This document shows positions 1 to 12,330 of a DNA stretch of 43,143 nucleotides, piece by piece (within the stretch, counting starts at the first letter, position 1; each line of letters begins with the position of its first letter). Under the pieces are notes generated by a model. That model saw nothing but the letters and a program-made list of their open reading frames with translations. It was not told where the DNA came from and searched no databases. The stretch is from Octopus bimaculoides (taxonomy: Eukaryota): contig NC_068997.1 of NCBI RefSeq assembly GCF_001194135.2, positions 42,895,972-42,939,114 of the forward strand, written 5' to 3'. A program made the position numbers and the translations under genes.

Positions 1-257
1 ATATATCCGTCTCCGGTTTTAACCACAAACGATTTCTTGCGAAGTGAAAGAGACAGAAGAATGGCTTCAAATACTGAATTGTGCCGACAAGATGAAAGTC
101 AACGTTGACTACCGTCTGATTTGAATATACAGTGCAGAGACCTGAAGCAAATAACGCAAGGCAATCAATCTATCAATCGCTATAATAATTCTGTCGGTTT
201 GCTTCCTCATGTTATAGAAATCATGTGATAAATATTTTGTTATTGCACTCTCAGTGA

Positions 258-334
258 ACGCAGACACCGCCAATATGGCGACAGTGAAGAACAGAATAGC
301 TTAAGTCCCGAGTGATCATGGGGCAGTTAGCAAG
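258..334 (+). other. candidate exon (5' UTR/first coding exon) of an unidentified spliced gene
   Basis: Acceptor ttgttattgcactctcag|, donor AAG|gtactt. ATG at 275 is followed by in-frame TAA at 302; a second ATG at 318 lies in another frame. Confidence 0.3.
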
Positions 335-472
335 GTACTTAGTTTGTATCGCCGAGATTTTAATTCAGGTCTGAAATATTGCTTTTTTAAAATTTTTGCA
401 TATATATTTATTCGTTAAAACAAAAAGAAAGTAAAAGAAAATTTCAAGATGAAAATTTATATTTTGTTCCAG

Positions 473-491
473 GAATGGCTTCAATGTAACG
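473..491 (+). CDS. candidate 19-nt microexon (EWLQCN, phase 0->1)
   Basis: Acceptor tttatattttgttccag|, donor ACG|gtaact. Phase-compatible with exon 600-671. Confidence 0.35.
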
Positions 492-599
492 GTAACTAAA
501 CAACTCGGAGTTTACTGCTGTTTGTGCCTGAGGTCAATCAGTCGTGTCCGTCTCCGTCTTTTATTGCGAAACAGTGTATTCGTTTTATCTTTATTGCAG

Positions 600-671
600 A
601 TCGTGAAGGACAACTTCCTTGGTTCAACGCTTCTAATGAGCCAATCGAATCGGTTCATTGCATTTTTAATG
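600..671 (+). CDS. candidate exon (D)REGQLPWFNASNEPIESVHCIFN, phase 1->1
   Basis: Strong acceptor ttttatctttattgcag|, donor ATG|gtgaga, open frame. Product not recognised. Confidence 0.45.
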
Positions 672-777
672 GTGAGAGTGGGGTAAGAGGAATGAGCATC
701 ATAAGGTATTTTGATCACGGTGTATAGATTTATAGATTTTCTTGCCATCTGGCACTAATATATATTGGCGAAAGATG

Positions 778-921
<144 letters not shown>

Positions 922-1919
922 GCAAATGTTAGTTATGTATGTATGTGCATGTATACACATGCGACGGATTTCCGTCCGTCTCCAAATAAATAGCACTCAT
1001 AAATAACTTGTCATCCAGAGGAATGTCACTTAGTGAGATCGAACCACGTGATTGCGAAGGGGATTGTTTGCCTTTAGAGCCGGCTCGTCACTCAAGTAAT
1101 ACAATAATAGTAGTGTCATTGGAAATCCTACTCTTATAGAGAACTAGTAAATACATAATTTCTTTTAAAATTGAACTGTTACGAAAGTGTTGAGGCTTGA
1201 AATGGCGTAAAGTCCATATGGTATTACTAAAGGTACAGTATACGGAAAAAAACATCTTCGAAAACTATATTCTTTGTTAAACACATGTTACCAATCCTAC
1301 TTTGAGAGTTGATATCCATACGTACACTACCACAAAATGCTATTATCTGTTAATTATATAATTTGCCTTGTTTAGATATAAGATCAAACTTTCAATAAAT
1401 AACTAATTTATTTACTTGGATCCAGCCTCGCTATATATTTTACCCGCTTATCGAGAAGGAAGGCAAAAATCTACTTTGAAAAGATTTGAAACCACAACGT
1501 CATGTACTGAGACTGAATACTGCAAAATATTTTGACCAGTGACCCATTGTATCTGCATGCAGGATAATGAGGAAGCCACTACGATGTTACTCGATCTGTT
1601 AAATATAGTAGCCAAATTCCGTTTGTCCACGCCGCCATGTTAACTTTTTTCTTTGAATGACTTTTGTTGCATTCTAACACCAAGCTCAACCCTCTTCTAT
1701 TTCGGAGAGACAAGGAACAGTGTGAATGGTTACCACAGATCTTTCATAGTGCCAGGAAACCTACTCCGAAAGAGAGAGGGAGAAAAAAGTAAAATACAAT
1801 TCATCCTAAGTCTATTCAACTAGGGCGGATGTGATAATGATAGCATCAATAATATCAACAACAACGATAACAACAACAATAGCAACAAAAATTCATTTTG
1901 TGCAGCACTCTGTCTCCAG

Positions 1920-2002
1920 TTATTTCTACTGTAACCCGGTTTAACACCACTCTCTGGTTCTTGGGTGCCTTTAGTGGAGCCCACTCTATTACGAATATTC
2001 GG
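1920..2002 (+). CDS. candidate exon ISTVTRFNTTLWFLGAFSGAHSITNIR, phase 1->0
   Basis: Acceptor cactctgtctccag|, strong donor CGG|gtaagg. Only one frame is open. Confidence 0.35.
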
Positions 2003-2179
2003 GTAAGGTTTTCAGATTGAGATATCGATAACTTCCTCCTTTCCTACCACAAGTTTGGGAGGCCTTAAACAAATAAAAAGCAATGGGCGTTACCCTTTCT
2101 CCACCTAACTAAACTGTAAAAAGGAAAAAGAATTAGCATGATATAAAAGTGATAATAAAATGGCTGGATCAGTGAAGCA

Positions 2180-2330
2180 TCGGACGAAATGTCTTTCGGT
2201 ATTTATTTATATCTTTAGATTCTGAGTTAAAATCAGACCGGAATCAGTCGTCTTTGACTTTTACCTTTCCGGAATCGTTAAAAAATTACGAAACACGTTT
2301 CGGGTGGAAGTGTGGGTTGATTGAATCGAC
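2180..2330 (+). mobile_element. highly degenerate family-B SINE fragment
   Basis: cggacgaaatg...ggtattt...ttctgagttaaaatc...gattgaatcgact resembles the better copies at 19963 and 21088. Confidence 0.45.
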
Positions 2331-2741
2331 TACGCGCCTCCTGCATAATACATAAATTATTTAATTAAACGAAAACTTCTTCGTGTTAAAAGGGGTTTTA
2401 TATAGCAAGCTGCAGGAGTATCCACGCTTTTCCACAGTAATATTGCTTCAAGCGGGAATCAAAATCGTGTTAAGGACTAAATCCTCTAGAAGTTTAATTT
2501 TTTTTATCCACTTGCTCGTCAGTAGCTGAAATAGAGATTGAATAATTTTCACAACAGAGTATTCGACTGAAAACAAACGATTGTTGTGAGGCATGAGTTT
2601 GATGCAATTCTTCATATCTTGTCCAGCTGTAGTTGTTGCTGCTGTTGTCTTTTATCCTTGCATAATGCTGAAGCTGTGGTCAACTGCCTTTTATTCAGAT
2701 TTTATAGAAGGCTACATTATTCAGTGCCTCTTTTCTTTAAG

Positions 2742-2985
2742 ATAGTGATCCTTCATTTGAATTAGATTTTGTTACAATTTTTATGACTTGGAAATCCAAC
2801 AACGGCCGATGGATTGGGAATGAAATAGCAAACAACATGATATACAACGCAATTACAGTTAAGAGAGCACTGCCTCAAAGGGATTTCGTTACTATGTTTA
2901 GCACAGTGAGTGACACTGCAGTAGCTTTTCTCGTTATGTTATATTACTGCTTGTTGGAAAATGAGGAGGTTATGGATATAACAGG
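2742..2985 (+). CDS. candidate exon SDPSFELDFVTIFMTWKSNNGRWIGNEIANNMIYNAITVKRALPQRDFVTMFSTVSDTAVAFLVMLYYCLLENEEVMDIT(G); unknown protein
   Basis: Acceptor cctcttttctttaag|, about 81 open codons in AT-rich DNA, donor AGG|gtatgt (alternative donor ACA|gtgagt at 2905/2906). Confidence 0.5.
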
Positions 2986-3009
2986 GTATGTAAATTAAAC
3001 TAAATATAT

Positions 3010-3256
3010 GTGTATAGGTGAAGGTTTAACATGGCTTGTGTTTGTTTTATACAACTTGTGAATTCAGTTCACACGTATTCAGTCTGTGTACAACCAGCTT
3101 GTGGTTTTACTACAAGCTATAGATGTTGACTTAAAAAAAGCTGTGTAGGTTTGATAGTTTCTTGTAGGTTTAATACAGCTTGCGTTTAGGGCTGTTATGA
3201 TCCGTGTACTGGCTTAATACAGTTTGATACACTTATGTGTGGGTTTGTTACGAACC

Positions 3257-3298
<42 letters not shown>

Positions 3299-3685
3299 TG
3301 AGTAAGTGTAATGTGATACATTGCTATAGAGTAGTCTTTTCTTTGACCCACTTGAAGTATAAATACATGTTGGTTAGTATAAACCGTGTAGTTTTAATAT
3401 AATTGTTTATGTTTAGTAAAGTTGTCTTAAGTTTATTACAAACCATGTGTAGTTTTAATACAAACCTACACACCGCTTATATGTGAGTGTTTTAATATAA
3501 GGTGTGTACTTCGGTCTAAAACATTTGAGCTGGCTTTAAAATAAAAGCTTTTTAGGTTTATTACAAGCTCTATGCGTTTGCTTGAACACAAGCAGCATAC
3601 ATGCACTTTAGCACACGCTGTGTTTTGGTTAAAAATACATTTGTGAAGGTTTAATAGGAAGTATGTATAGGTTTAATATAACGAA
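3010..3685. repeat. degenerate minisatellite, unit about 21-22 bp (approx. GTGTAGGTTTAATACAAGCTT), interrupted by (TA)n at about 3259-3294
   Basis: Recurrent ggtttaataca/gtttgataca/gttttaatata and gcttgtg motifs across the interval. Confidence 0.7.
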
Positions 3686-3815
3686 ACTCCTAGATAAATA
3701 ATTTGACCAACAGGAAGCAATATATTAAGAAGATAGCGGTTACAAACTCTTCAATATTGCGCCATATGTAATTTAATGCTCTGTAATTGAACTAAGCAAT
3801 ATCTTTTCCTAACAG

Positions 3816-3885
3816 CAATAACATTGAAAACAAGGGATTTTCTGGGGATGTAGGAAGAAGGCTGGAAAGGAGACCAAATTATTAG
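3816..3885 (+). CDS. candidate terminal exon NNIENKGFSGDVGRRLERRPNY*
   Basis: Acceptor atatcttttcctaacag|. The phase-2 frame matches the donor at 2985. Alternative phase-2 acceptor at 3714 gives KQYIKKIAVTNSSILRHM*. Confidence 0.25.
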
Positions 3886-4594
3886 GAAGCCAAAAAAGGG
3901 AAATATTAATTTTATTGGTTCCAAAATCAAATCAAAACAAAACAAGCAAAATACAAACTGGATATTAAATAATTACTTCAACTTGCATATCCATTTACAC
4001 TTGATTTATTTAAAGACACCATAGAAGTTCTGGGTTCTTTCTCGTTAATCTATTTCTGTATCTATGTTTCTTAGCTATCTATTATATATATATTTTACAT
4101 ACACACACATGTATGTTTGTATGTATGTATATATATATTCATATAATATTATATATATTTATTTATATANNNNNNNNNNNNNNNNNNNNNNNNNNNNNNN
4201 NNNNNNNNNNNNNNNNNNNNNNNNNNNNNNNNNNNNNNNNNNNNNNNNNNNNNNNNNNNNNNNATATAAATACATATATATATTTATATCTCTATAATTT
4301 TTTCTATCTCTGTATACTCTGATCTCATCTATACTTTAAACATGCGCACTTACTCACACAAACATACACCACAAACACATACACACACATCATATACATT
4401 TGTACATATATGTTTGTGCGTGCGTGTATGTGTGTGTGTGTACGTGCATACACACAAACGCACACACATGCACACACAACACACACAAACTAAGAAACAA
4501 ACGCACACATATCGACTTGCACCTTTCATCGTTTCACCCCTCTCTTTTTCTCCTTGTCCTTCCCTTTCTCTCTCACTCTCCTTCTTTCTTTCTC

Positions 4595-4633
<39 letters not shown>

Positions 4634-5002
4634 CATTCTAACAACAAATTCTGAAAACCACGGAAGCAGCTACAAATTCATGAACTTTTAATAACTATTT
4701 CTGGTCAGTAAAGGTCGGTCTAAAATTCATGGCCTGTTTACATGTTACGCATAATATCTATGAAAAGACATTCCGTGACCTGTTCACGCTAAGTTTGAAC
4801 TGTTCGCTCTTTCTATCTTCATTTACTACAAGACACGCCTTTTTTATATTCTTGGTTTTAATCTTCTTCATTTGCACTCACACTGAAATATAAACTTACA
4901 GACACACACTGCACCTTTTATTTTAACCTTTGAAGTTTATTGGCTCTAAAGCACACCCAATTCCGTTTTTATTCAGCGCAAATTCGTAAACACTTTTGGG
5001 AA

Positions 5003-5042
5003 GAAAATGGCCGCTACCACTATATCATCCGTTCGCCATCTT
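5003..5042. promoter_or_regulatory. paired opposite-strand YY1-like motifs (AAAATGGCCGC / CGCCATCTT); possible promoter
   Basis: Motif match only. Confidence 0.25.
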
Positions 5043-5454
5043 ATTTCTCTCCTTTTTCAACATTCACCATTGACACTGTATGACTTTTCTTGCCACAATC
5101 ACCTTTCCTTACGAATTAAACTTTAATCTTGATATCAATATTAGGCATTCATATATGTACAACATAAAATTTCAAGTAGATCATCTCAATCTTTACCTTT
5201 TTTATTTTTTTTTTTTATTTTGTTCTTGCATTTTCTGTGATTTTTCAAAATTCGCTTTTTTTGTTTTTGTTTCTATTTGTTCGGAGTCAGTATACATTTC
5301 CTCTAGGCTTACTTTCTTATTTTCAATCTGTACGCTTTTCCTTCCTTCCTTCCTTCCTTTTTCATTCTTTCTACCTAGTTTTGTCTTTGTTTCTTTCCTT
5401 CCAAAATTTTGTTTTTTGTCTCTTTCTCTCTCTCTACTTACATATAAATATAAA

Positions 5455-5521
<67 letters not shown>

Positions 5522-6036
5522 NNNNNNNNNNNNNNNNNNNNNNNNNNTTCTACCTAGTTTTGTCTTTGTTTCTTTCCTTCCAAAATTTTGTTTTTTGTCT
5601 CTTTCTCTCTCTCTACTTACATATAAATATAAATGTGTGTGTGTGCATATATGTATGTATACATACACATGTATATTAAGCATATATTAAATACATAAAT
5701 ATTAAACACACGAACATACACATACACACGCACACCTTCAAATGTACACGCTCATATACATAAGTCTCTATATGTGTACTTGTGAATGTGTGTTTGTGTG
5801 TTTGCTTGTTTGTTTGCATGTGTGTGTGCGTGTATGTGCTTGTGTGTGTGTGTGTGTGTGTATGTGTGTGGGTGTGTGAGTCTGTCTGTCTCTGTATGCA
5901 TATTTCTATTTACTGAAATATGAAAAGGACGTTTAAAGAGTCTCTATCAAATATTTGCATTAGAAAAAGGAAGGATTCTATGTTTATCCTTATTTTTATT
6001 ATTAGCTTTATTATTATTACCATCATCGTCATCGTT

Positions 6037-6055
6037 GCTGTTGTTGTTGTTGTTG

Positions 6056-6107
<52 letters not shown>

Positions 6108-6146
6108 TACTATTACTATTATTATTATTATTATTATTATTATTAC
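6037..6146. repeat. (GTT)n/(ATT)n compound trinucleotide microsatellite
   Basis: Directly visible. Confidence 0.95.
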
Positions 6147-7196
6147 TGTACTATTTTTTAATACTTTTCTATTTGTGTTGTTGTTGTTTCTCAAAGCGGA
6201 AATTGAATAGTTGTGTTTGTCATAAATACTAGAACGTTGCATATCATAATTTACTTTCTATCACAGAAGAGTGATGGGGTTTTTTTTCACACTAGCTACG
6301 TTAGGCGATGTCTAATATAACGCCACTAAGCATTAGATACAACATGGATTTAGAATATAGATCTTTTTAATTGATCATTTCTATCATTCGGAAAACTCTC
6401 TGAAATGTGGCGTGTTTATACACGAAGCAGACGATACAGATCGTCTATATAATTTTTCAATATGGTTAAAATTGGCTGAGAAATTAAATGATTGTCTAGT
6501 TGCCATCTTTAGCGATCTTCCTTCGTGTCTTAGAAAATATTCAGAACATTTCCATTTAAGAAGGCAGAAGAAGAAACAAGAGGAAGGCGGTATAGTAAAA
6601 TGTGTTGCTATAGCAGACGACATATTGAGCTAGTCAAGTAGGGACATAATTTCCGGTTGTAAATTCTATGAAAAGTTTAAGACTCAAAGGAGGTGATTAC
6701 CATATTAATCAATCACATCGGATACCCAGACGCACGCATAGGAATATATGCATATACACATACATACATGCATGCATACATACATACATACATACATACA
6801 TACATACAAACATGCATGTATATATATATATACATGTATGCGCTTGTTTGTGTGTGTGTATACGCACACACACACATATATATACATACATATATATATA
6901 TATACATACATATATATATATATACATGTATGTACATTTTGGAGTTTGTATATCTATGTATGCAAGCGACTAAATGTATACAAGCACACATAGTATAGCA
7001 ATGATATAAGAACACAACAAGATCGCAGCAATAAATATTTTATACACATTCATGTATCCATAACATATACACACCTTTAGAAACATTGATTAATTAATCT
7101 CGTCAAAAGCATTCATTTATTTACTTACATATCTACTTACACACACGCTTGCTCTCTCCCCACCTCTTATATGTACACATGCGCCCCACATAAACT

Positions 7197-7200
7197 TATA

Positions 7201-7295
<95 letters not shown>
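7197..7295. repeat. (TA)n microsatellite
   Basis: Directly visible. Confidence 0.97.
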
Positions 7296-7297
<2 letters not shown>

Positions 7298-7965
7298 CAC
7301 ACATACAATTTCGTTTTTTCTTTGTTCGAGGACATTTTCAAATAAGGAATACGTTTTATTAAAACCCAGTCTTATTGCATGCTTTGCTTTTCATGTTTAA
7401 TCACTCCTCAATGACTAAAAAGCGAAAGCAATCCTGTTCAGATTTGAACTCAGAAATCTAAAACTCCAAACAAAAATATGATGAAACTAGAATTACACCT
7501 ATTTATCATCTTCATTTATTTCATTCACGGCAACGTATATAATAAAAATAGCATTAAATAAAATACGCAAAAAAGCTGTTATAGAGGTGTTAATGGTAGT
7601 TGTATACCACTGAATCATCCATGCTATTTGTATTACTGGTACTTAGTGTATCTCACTCCAATGGGATAAAAGTAAATACTGGCTTAGAACGGGGGTTCAA
7701 ACTCATGAAAGCAAATCATCAAACCCGTTGACAACTTCTTATGTTTTTACTTCGTGGGACACCTCTACCATTCTCAAATCTTAAAAAATTACGAATTTGT
7801 TAATTGATACGAGAGGAACTAATTTGAAAGAGAAAATAATACAAGTTTACTGGAGTGTAAGCTCGAACCATGTACCTATCGAGTACCAAGCGACTGCGTT
7901 AACTACTACTCAATACATCATCCCTCTTTATATTTTATTAAATTATGTTCTTTAAATTATTTCTG

Positions 7966-8132
7966 CTACCGAGGTCGACCTTGCCTTCCGTCCTTTCGCG
8001 GAGGTCGATTAAATAAGTACCAGTTACGCACTGGGGTCAATGTAATCGACCTAATCCTTCTGTCTGTCCTTGTTTGTCTCCTTCTTGTGGGAAATACAAA
8101 AATTGCCCCTGTGGACAATAAAAAAAAAAAAA
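7966..8132 (+). mobile_element. family-B SINE, 5'-truncated, with A tail
   Basis: ccgaggtcgaccttgccttccgtcctttcg...aagtaccagttacgcactggggtcaatgtaatcgac matches copies at 15591, 19963 and 21088. Ends in poly(A). Confidence 0.85.
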
Positions 8133-9398
8133 TATCATTCACATAAATCTCATGCATGCCATGTGACTGACAGTTTTTGATTATTTAAACAAATGTACAG
8201 CATTTGTTATATATTCATTAGGAGTTCAATACACGACAGTTTATTGTTTTGTTTTTGTGAGTGTGTAATAACTGCTAGCCTAATGTCAGTTGATCGAAGT
8301 TTGTCGACTCACTATTTTACATATATGTAATATATGTAAAGTTATATTACATATCACTATATCAAATTTGTGAGACCCTACAGCATTAGTATTTAGTATG
8401 TAGGCAGGTCACCCGAGGAGTTTTCTTCGCCATTTAATCATTAACATATTCATGACAAGCGATAGATACATGTATCAAACTTCATTAGAAGTCTTGTTTC
8501 TACATTGTTGTGTAAGATTTTAATGTCCAATGTCAAATATAATTTACATTCAGAAGCTAAACAGTTAATTTACAATTCATTCATTGTCTCATGCAATATT
8601 TAAATGTTGGTTAAACAGATTTCTTACAGAACAAACAGTTAGAGAGATTAAGAAATGAAAGGTGAGGCATTTATGCTCTTACATACGAGTATAACAATTA
8701 CATGAAACAGCTACGACCAGGAATCTGACAAAACTTTACCATTATGATTGAGGAGAGTAGAAACGGGAATTTTTTTTTTTGTTTTTTTTTTTGAAAGACA
8801 AGACAGGATAGACAAGTTTCAAATGGAAGAGATTTAAGCCAAATGACCAACTCAGTTCAGTCGGAAGATAATAGTATTCGACTGCGCACACCAATCTCCA
8901 AAGTCACAAAGGCTCAAATTAATGGTAGCTACATAAATGTTTATATTGAGTGAACGCAAACAACTGAATGGCTGCCGACTGTATTTAAAGGATGTTAGCC
9001 AATCAATCGAAGAGTTGAACGTTCGACTATGTCATCCATGTTACGCTTTGTTTGTTCGTGTCTAAGGCAGGTAGTTTAATTCTCAAAGGATAGACCCACC
9101 TAGCCATAAATAGATGTCTTCGCTAGAAATTACTAGTCAGAAGGGTTTCTTTTTAAACACTCATTGTTTACACCAGGTTAGCTCATCAAGAAGACTTGTA
9201 AGTAAAAGGCATTCAATTTGTGGTTCCCATTTTTTTCCTGGATTTTTGATTACATTTATTATCTAATGTGTCTCCCTTCTATTAAAAACAGAAATTAAAA
9301 TGTGAGGGATCACATAGTGTTAACGTGTTAATTCCATAGGAATAATATATATATACAAAAATGGGACAAGAACGCAAGACATCCAGACAGTTAGGTGA

Positions 9399-9783
9399 TA
9401 CGAAAATGAACAACAAGACATCCAGACAGACAATACAAAGAAAATAAAGACGGGTCATTCGAAGTTTTCTATTCTCAGTCGAGTTCCAGATTATCTTCGC
9501 AATTTCGGCTGGTTATACTCGAGATTGCACCAATATGGCCAGCCCCAAGGAAAAACTAAACTAAGAGCATTAGATTCCTTGGAAGAAAGCAGCAAATGTA
9601 TACGAAAACAAGGACGGAAAAAACGGAGAAATGTTACACAAATACAAATGCAAATGAGAGGACATAACAACAGCCGAAATTGCGAAGATAATCTGGAACT
9701 CGACTGAGAATAGAAAACTCCGAATGACCCGTCTTTATTTTCTTTGTATTTTCTGTCTGGATGTCTTGTTGTTCATTTTCGTA
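9399..9783. repeat. 113-bp inverted repeat (9399-9511 / 9671-9783, 2 mismatches, 159-bp spacer), probably an inverted terminal repeat of a Penelope-type element
   Basis: Manual reverse-complement alignment of the arms. The Penelope assignment is inference. Confidence 0.9.
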
Positions 9784-11156
9784 ACAGGTATCTTTCGACT
9801 AAGGACGAATTAAATTAAGCTGGTGTGGAAGTAAAGCCTTACGGCAGGGACATAGGATTTGACAGGCACAGGGAGGAATATAGATGTTGTACGGATGGTA
9901 GTCGAATCAAGAAAGAAAGGTCAGGCCTGGCCGAACACTGGTCACGTGGGGAGAGAGAAAATAGAGAGGTAGAGGTAGAGGGATAGAAAAATTAAGGAGG
10001 GGCGAAAAAAAATGAAAGGGACACAGTAAAGTGAAAGAGGAGGGAAAGTGTGCATGAAGAGAAGGCCAGGAAATATGAGAGAGAGGGAACGAAAGAACGA
10101 AGAGTGGAATGAACGAAGTGTGAAAGGGCTGATAGAAAGAAGGAAAGAATGAAAGAATAGAAAGAACAATAGAGTCGTACAAAATTTATATATATATATA
10201 TATATATATNNNNNNNNNNNNNNNNNNNNNNNNNNNNNNNNNNNNNNNNNNNNNNNNNNNNNNNNNNNNNNNNNNNNNNNNNNNNNNNNNNNNNNNNNNN
10301 NNNNNNNNNNNNNNNNNNNNNNNNNNNNNNNNNNNNNNNNNNNNNNNNNNNNNNNNNNNNNNNNNNNNNNNNNNNNNNNNNGATTATTAGTGAGATATTC
10401 AATAAAAATGTTTTTAATTTTTAAAAAATCACATAAATTATATTAGGTTATTATTATTATTATCATTATTATTATCATTATTATTATTATTAATATTATT
10501 ATTATATAAATATACAAACAAACAAGAATAAATAAATCAACAACTATACGATGATACCATGTCCCTAATTAGAAGTATTTGGTTAAACTTTAAAGTTTAG
10601 ATTGCAATTTATATATTAGTTTCAAGTATTATTTAAATTAATTTTCTGTAAACAATTTGGATTTTTAGAACAAAAACAGCAATAACAACAGCAGTAACAA
10701 CAAAAACAACAACAAAATTGCTGTGAAATAGAATTTAAAAAATTGAAAATCATTTGTAGCAAAAATAATATTCTTATTAGCTTGTTATTATTAGAAGGTA
10801 AATTAATTGGTGGCTCCCGTTGTATCGCTAAACTTTTAACAATAATTTCACATATTATTGCAGTTGTAATATACTTACTTGTAATGCCTAACACAATAGG
10901 AAAATTGATTTTGTTCAAGATATTAAATTTTCCTTTCCTAATACCTTCTAGTTTCATTAAGTTAGGAAAAATTATAATTAAACATGCAAATTCTCAATTG
11001 AAACCTTATAAACTCTTTACCGTGCAACCATGTATGCTAAACAAAAAAAGAACGGTCTGTTATTTTATACGAATTTCATTGCATAAGAAATTTTGAATGT
11101 AATACACATACACACAAATATTCACACGTATGTATGTATGTATGTATGTATGTATG

Positions 11157-11187
<31 letters not shown>

Positions 11188-11305
11188 GTACGTACGTACG
11201 TATGCACTTAATACACATATACATCTACACATACATATGTACTGTATGCATTAAATATTGTATATATATATGTATTATATGTTATATACATTTAAATATA
11301 TAAAC

Positions 11306-11343
<38 letters not shown>

Positions 11344-11434
11344 ATATNNNNNNNNNNNNNNNNNNNNNNNNNNNNNNNNNNNNNNNNNNNNNNNNNNNNN
11401 NNNNNNNNNNNNNNNNNNNNNNNNNNNNNNNNNN

Positions 11435-11485
<51 letters not shown>

Positions 11486-11609
11486 AAAATTGCTAATAAG
11501 CCACCCACATTATATATATATATATTTGTACACACATAAATATTCATGCATGTGTGTGTGTGTGTGAGTGCGTTTACGTAAACTAGAAATATTGATGTTC
11601 ATGTGGGAA

Positions 11610-11808
11610 GACTCAAACACTTGCATCGATGTCATTACTTGAAAGATACTTTATTTTATCGACCTCTGAAAGATGAAAGACAATTTTTCTTTATAATAAC
11701 GATTTCTAATAGGCACAAACCAGATATTTTCGGTAAGGGTACAGTGACCCAAATTGACTCCTGTACTTGATTGATACCTTATTTTATCGACGTCTGAAGG
11801 ATGAAAGA
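11610..11808 (-). mobile_element. two degenerate family-B SINE fragments
   Basis: ttattttatcgacc(t/g)ctgaa(a/g)gatgaaag occurs twice, the reverse complement of the family-B body. Confidence 0.6.
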
Positions 11809-11830
11809 AACAAAAAAAAGAATGTTTCGT

Positions 11831-11995
11831 AGGCTCGGGAGTGGCTGTGTGGTAGCAGGTTTGTTTCTCAACCAGATGGTTTCAAATTCAGTCCCACTGT
11901 TTACCTCCTTGGGCAAATGTCTTTTACTATAGCCTAGGGCCGACCAAAGCCCTGTGAGTGAATCTGGAAGACAGAAACTGAAAGAAGCTCGTCGT
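11831..11995 (+). mobile_element. family-A tRNA-derived SINE, 5' half
   Basis: A-box-like gtggctgtgtgg, then ccttgggcaaatgtc...ccgaccaaagccctgtgagtg...gaaactgaaagaagc shared with copies at 36006 and 42791. Confidence 0.85.
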
Positions 11996-12262
11996 CTCTG
12001 TCTGTCTCTCTCTGTCTGTCTCTCTATCTCTCTCTGTCTCTCTGTCTCTCTCTGTCTGTCTGTCTCTCTCTGTCTGTCTGTCTCTGTCTGTCTCTCTCTG
12101 TCTGCCTGTCTCTGTCTGTCTGTCTCTGTCTGTCTGTCTGTCTGTCTGTCTCTGTCTGTCTCTCTCTGTCTGTCTCTCTCTGTCTGTCTGTCTCTCTCTC
12201 TGTCTGTCTCTCTCTCTCTGCCTGTCTGTCTGTCTGTCTCTCTGTCTCTCTGTCTCTCTGTC
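11995..12262. repeat. (TCTG)n/(TC)n compound microsatellite
   Basis: Directly visible. Confidence 0.95.
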
Positions 12263-12330
12263 TATATATAGATATATATTTACGTGTGTGTGTCTACTTG
12301 TGTGTGCGTGTATGTATGTGTGTGTGTGTG

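Noticed and set aside
5369-5645. Identical approx. 98-bp direct repeat (5369-5466 and 5548-5645)
   Set aside because: It flanks a 26-N gap at a microsatellite, the typical signature of overlapping contig ends or haplotypes. Treated as an assembly artefact.
6361-6633. Approx. 90-codon open frame IFLIDHFYHSENSLKCGVFIHEADD...
   Set aside because: No ATG, no convincing acceptor and no recognisable homology.
10622-11096. Overlapping hydrophobic ORFs on both strands resembling a membrane protein
   Set aside because: Very AT-rich, include a CAA/CAG repeat, and show no family motif. Consistent with compositional ORFs.
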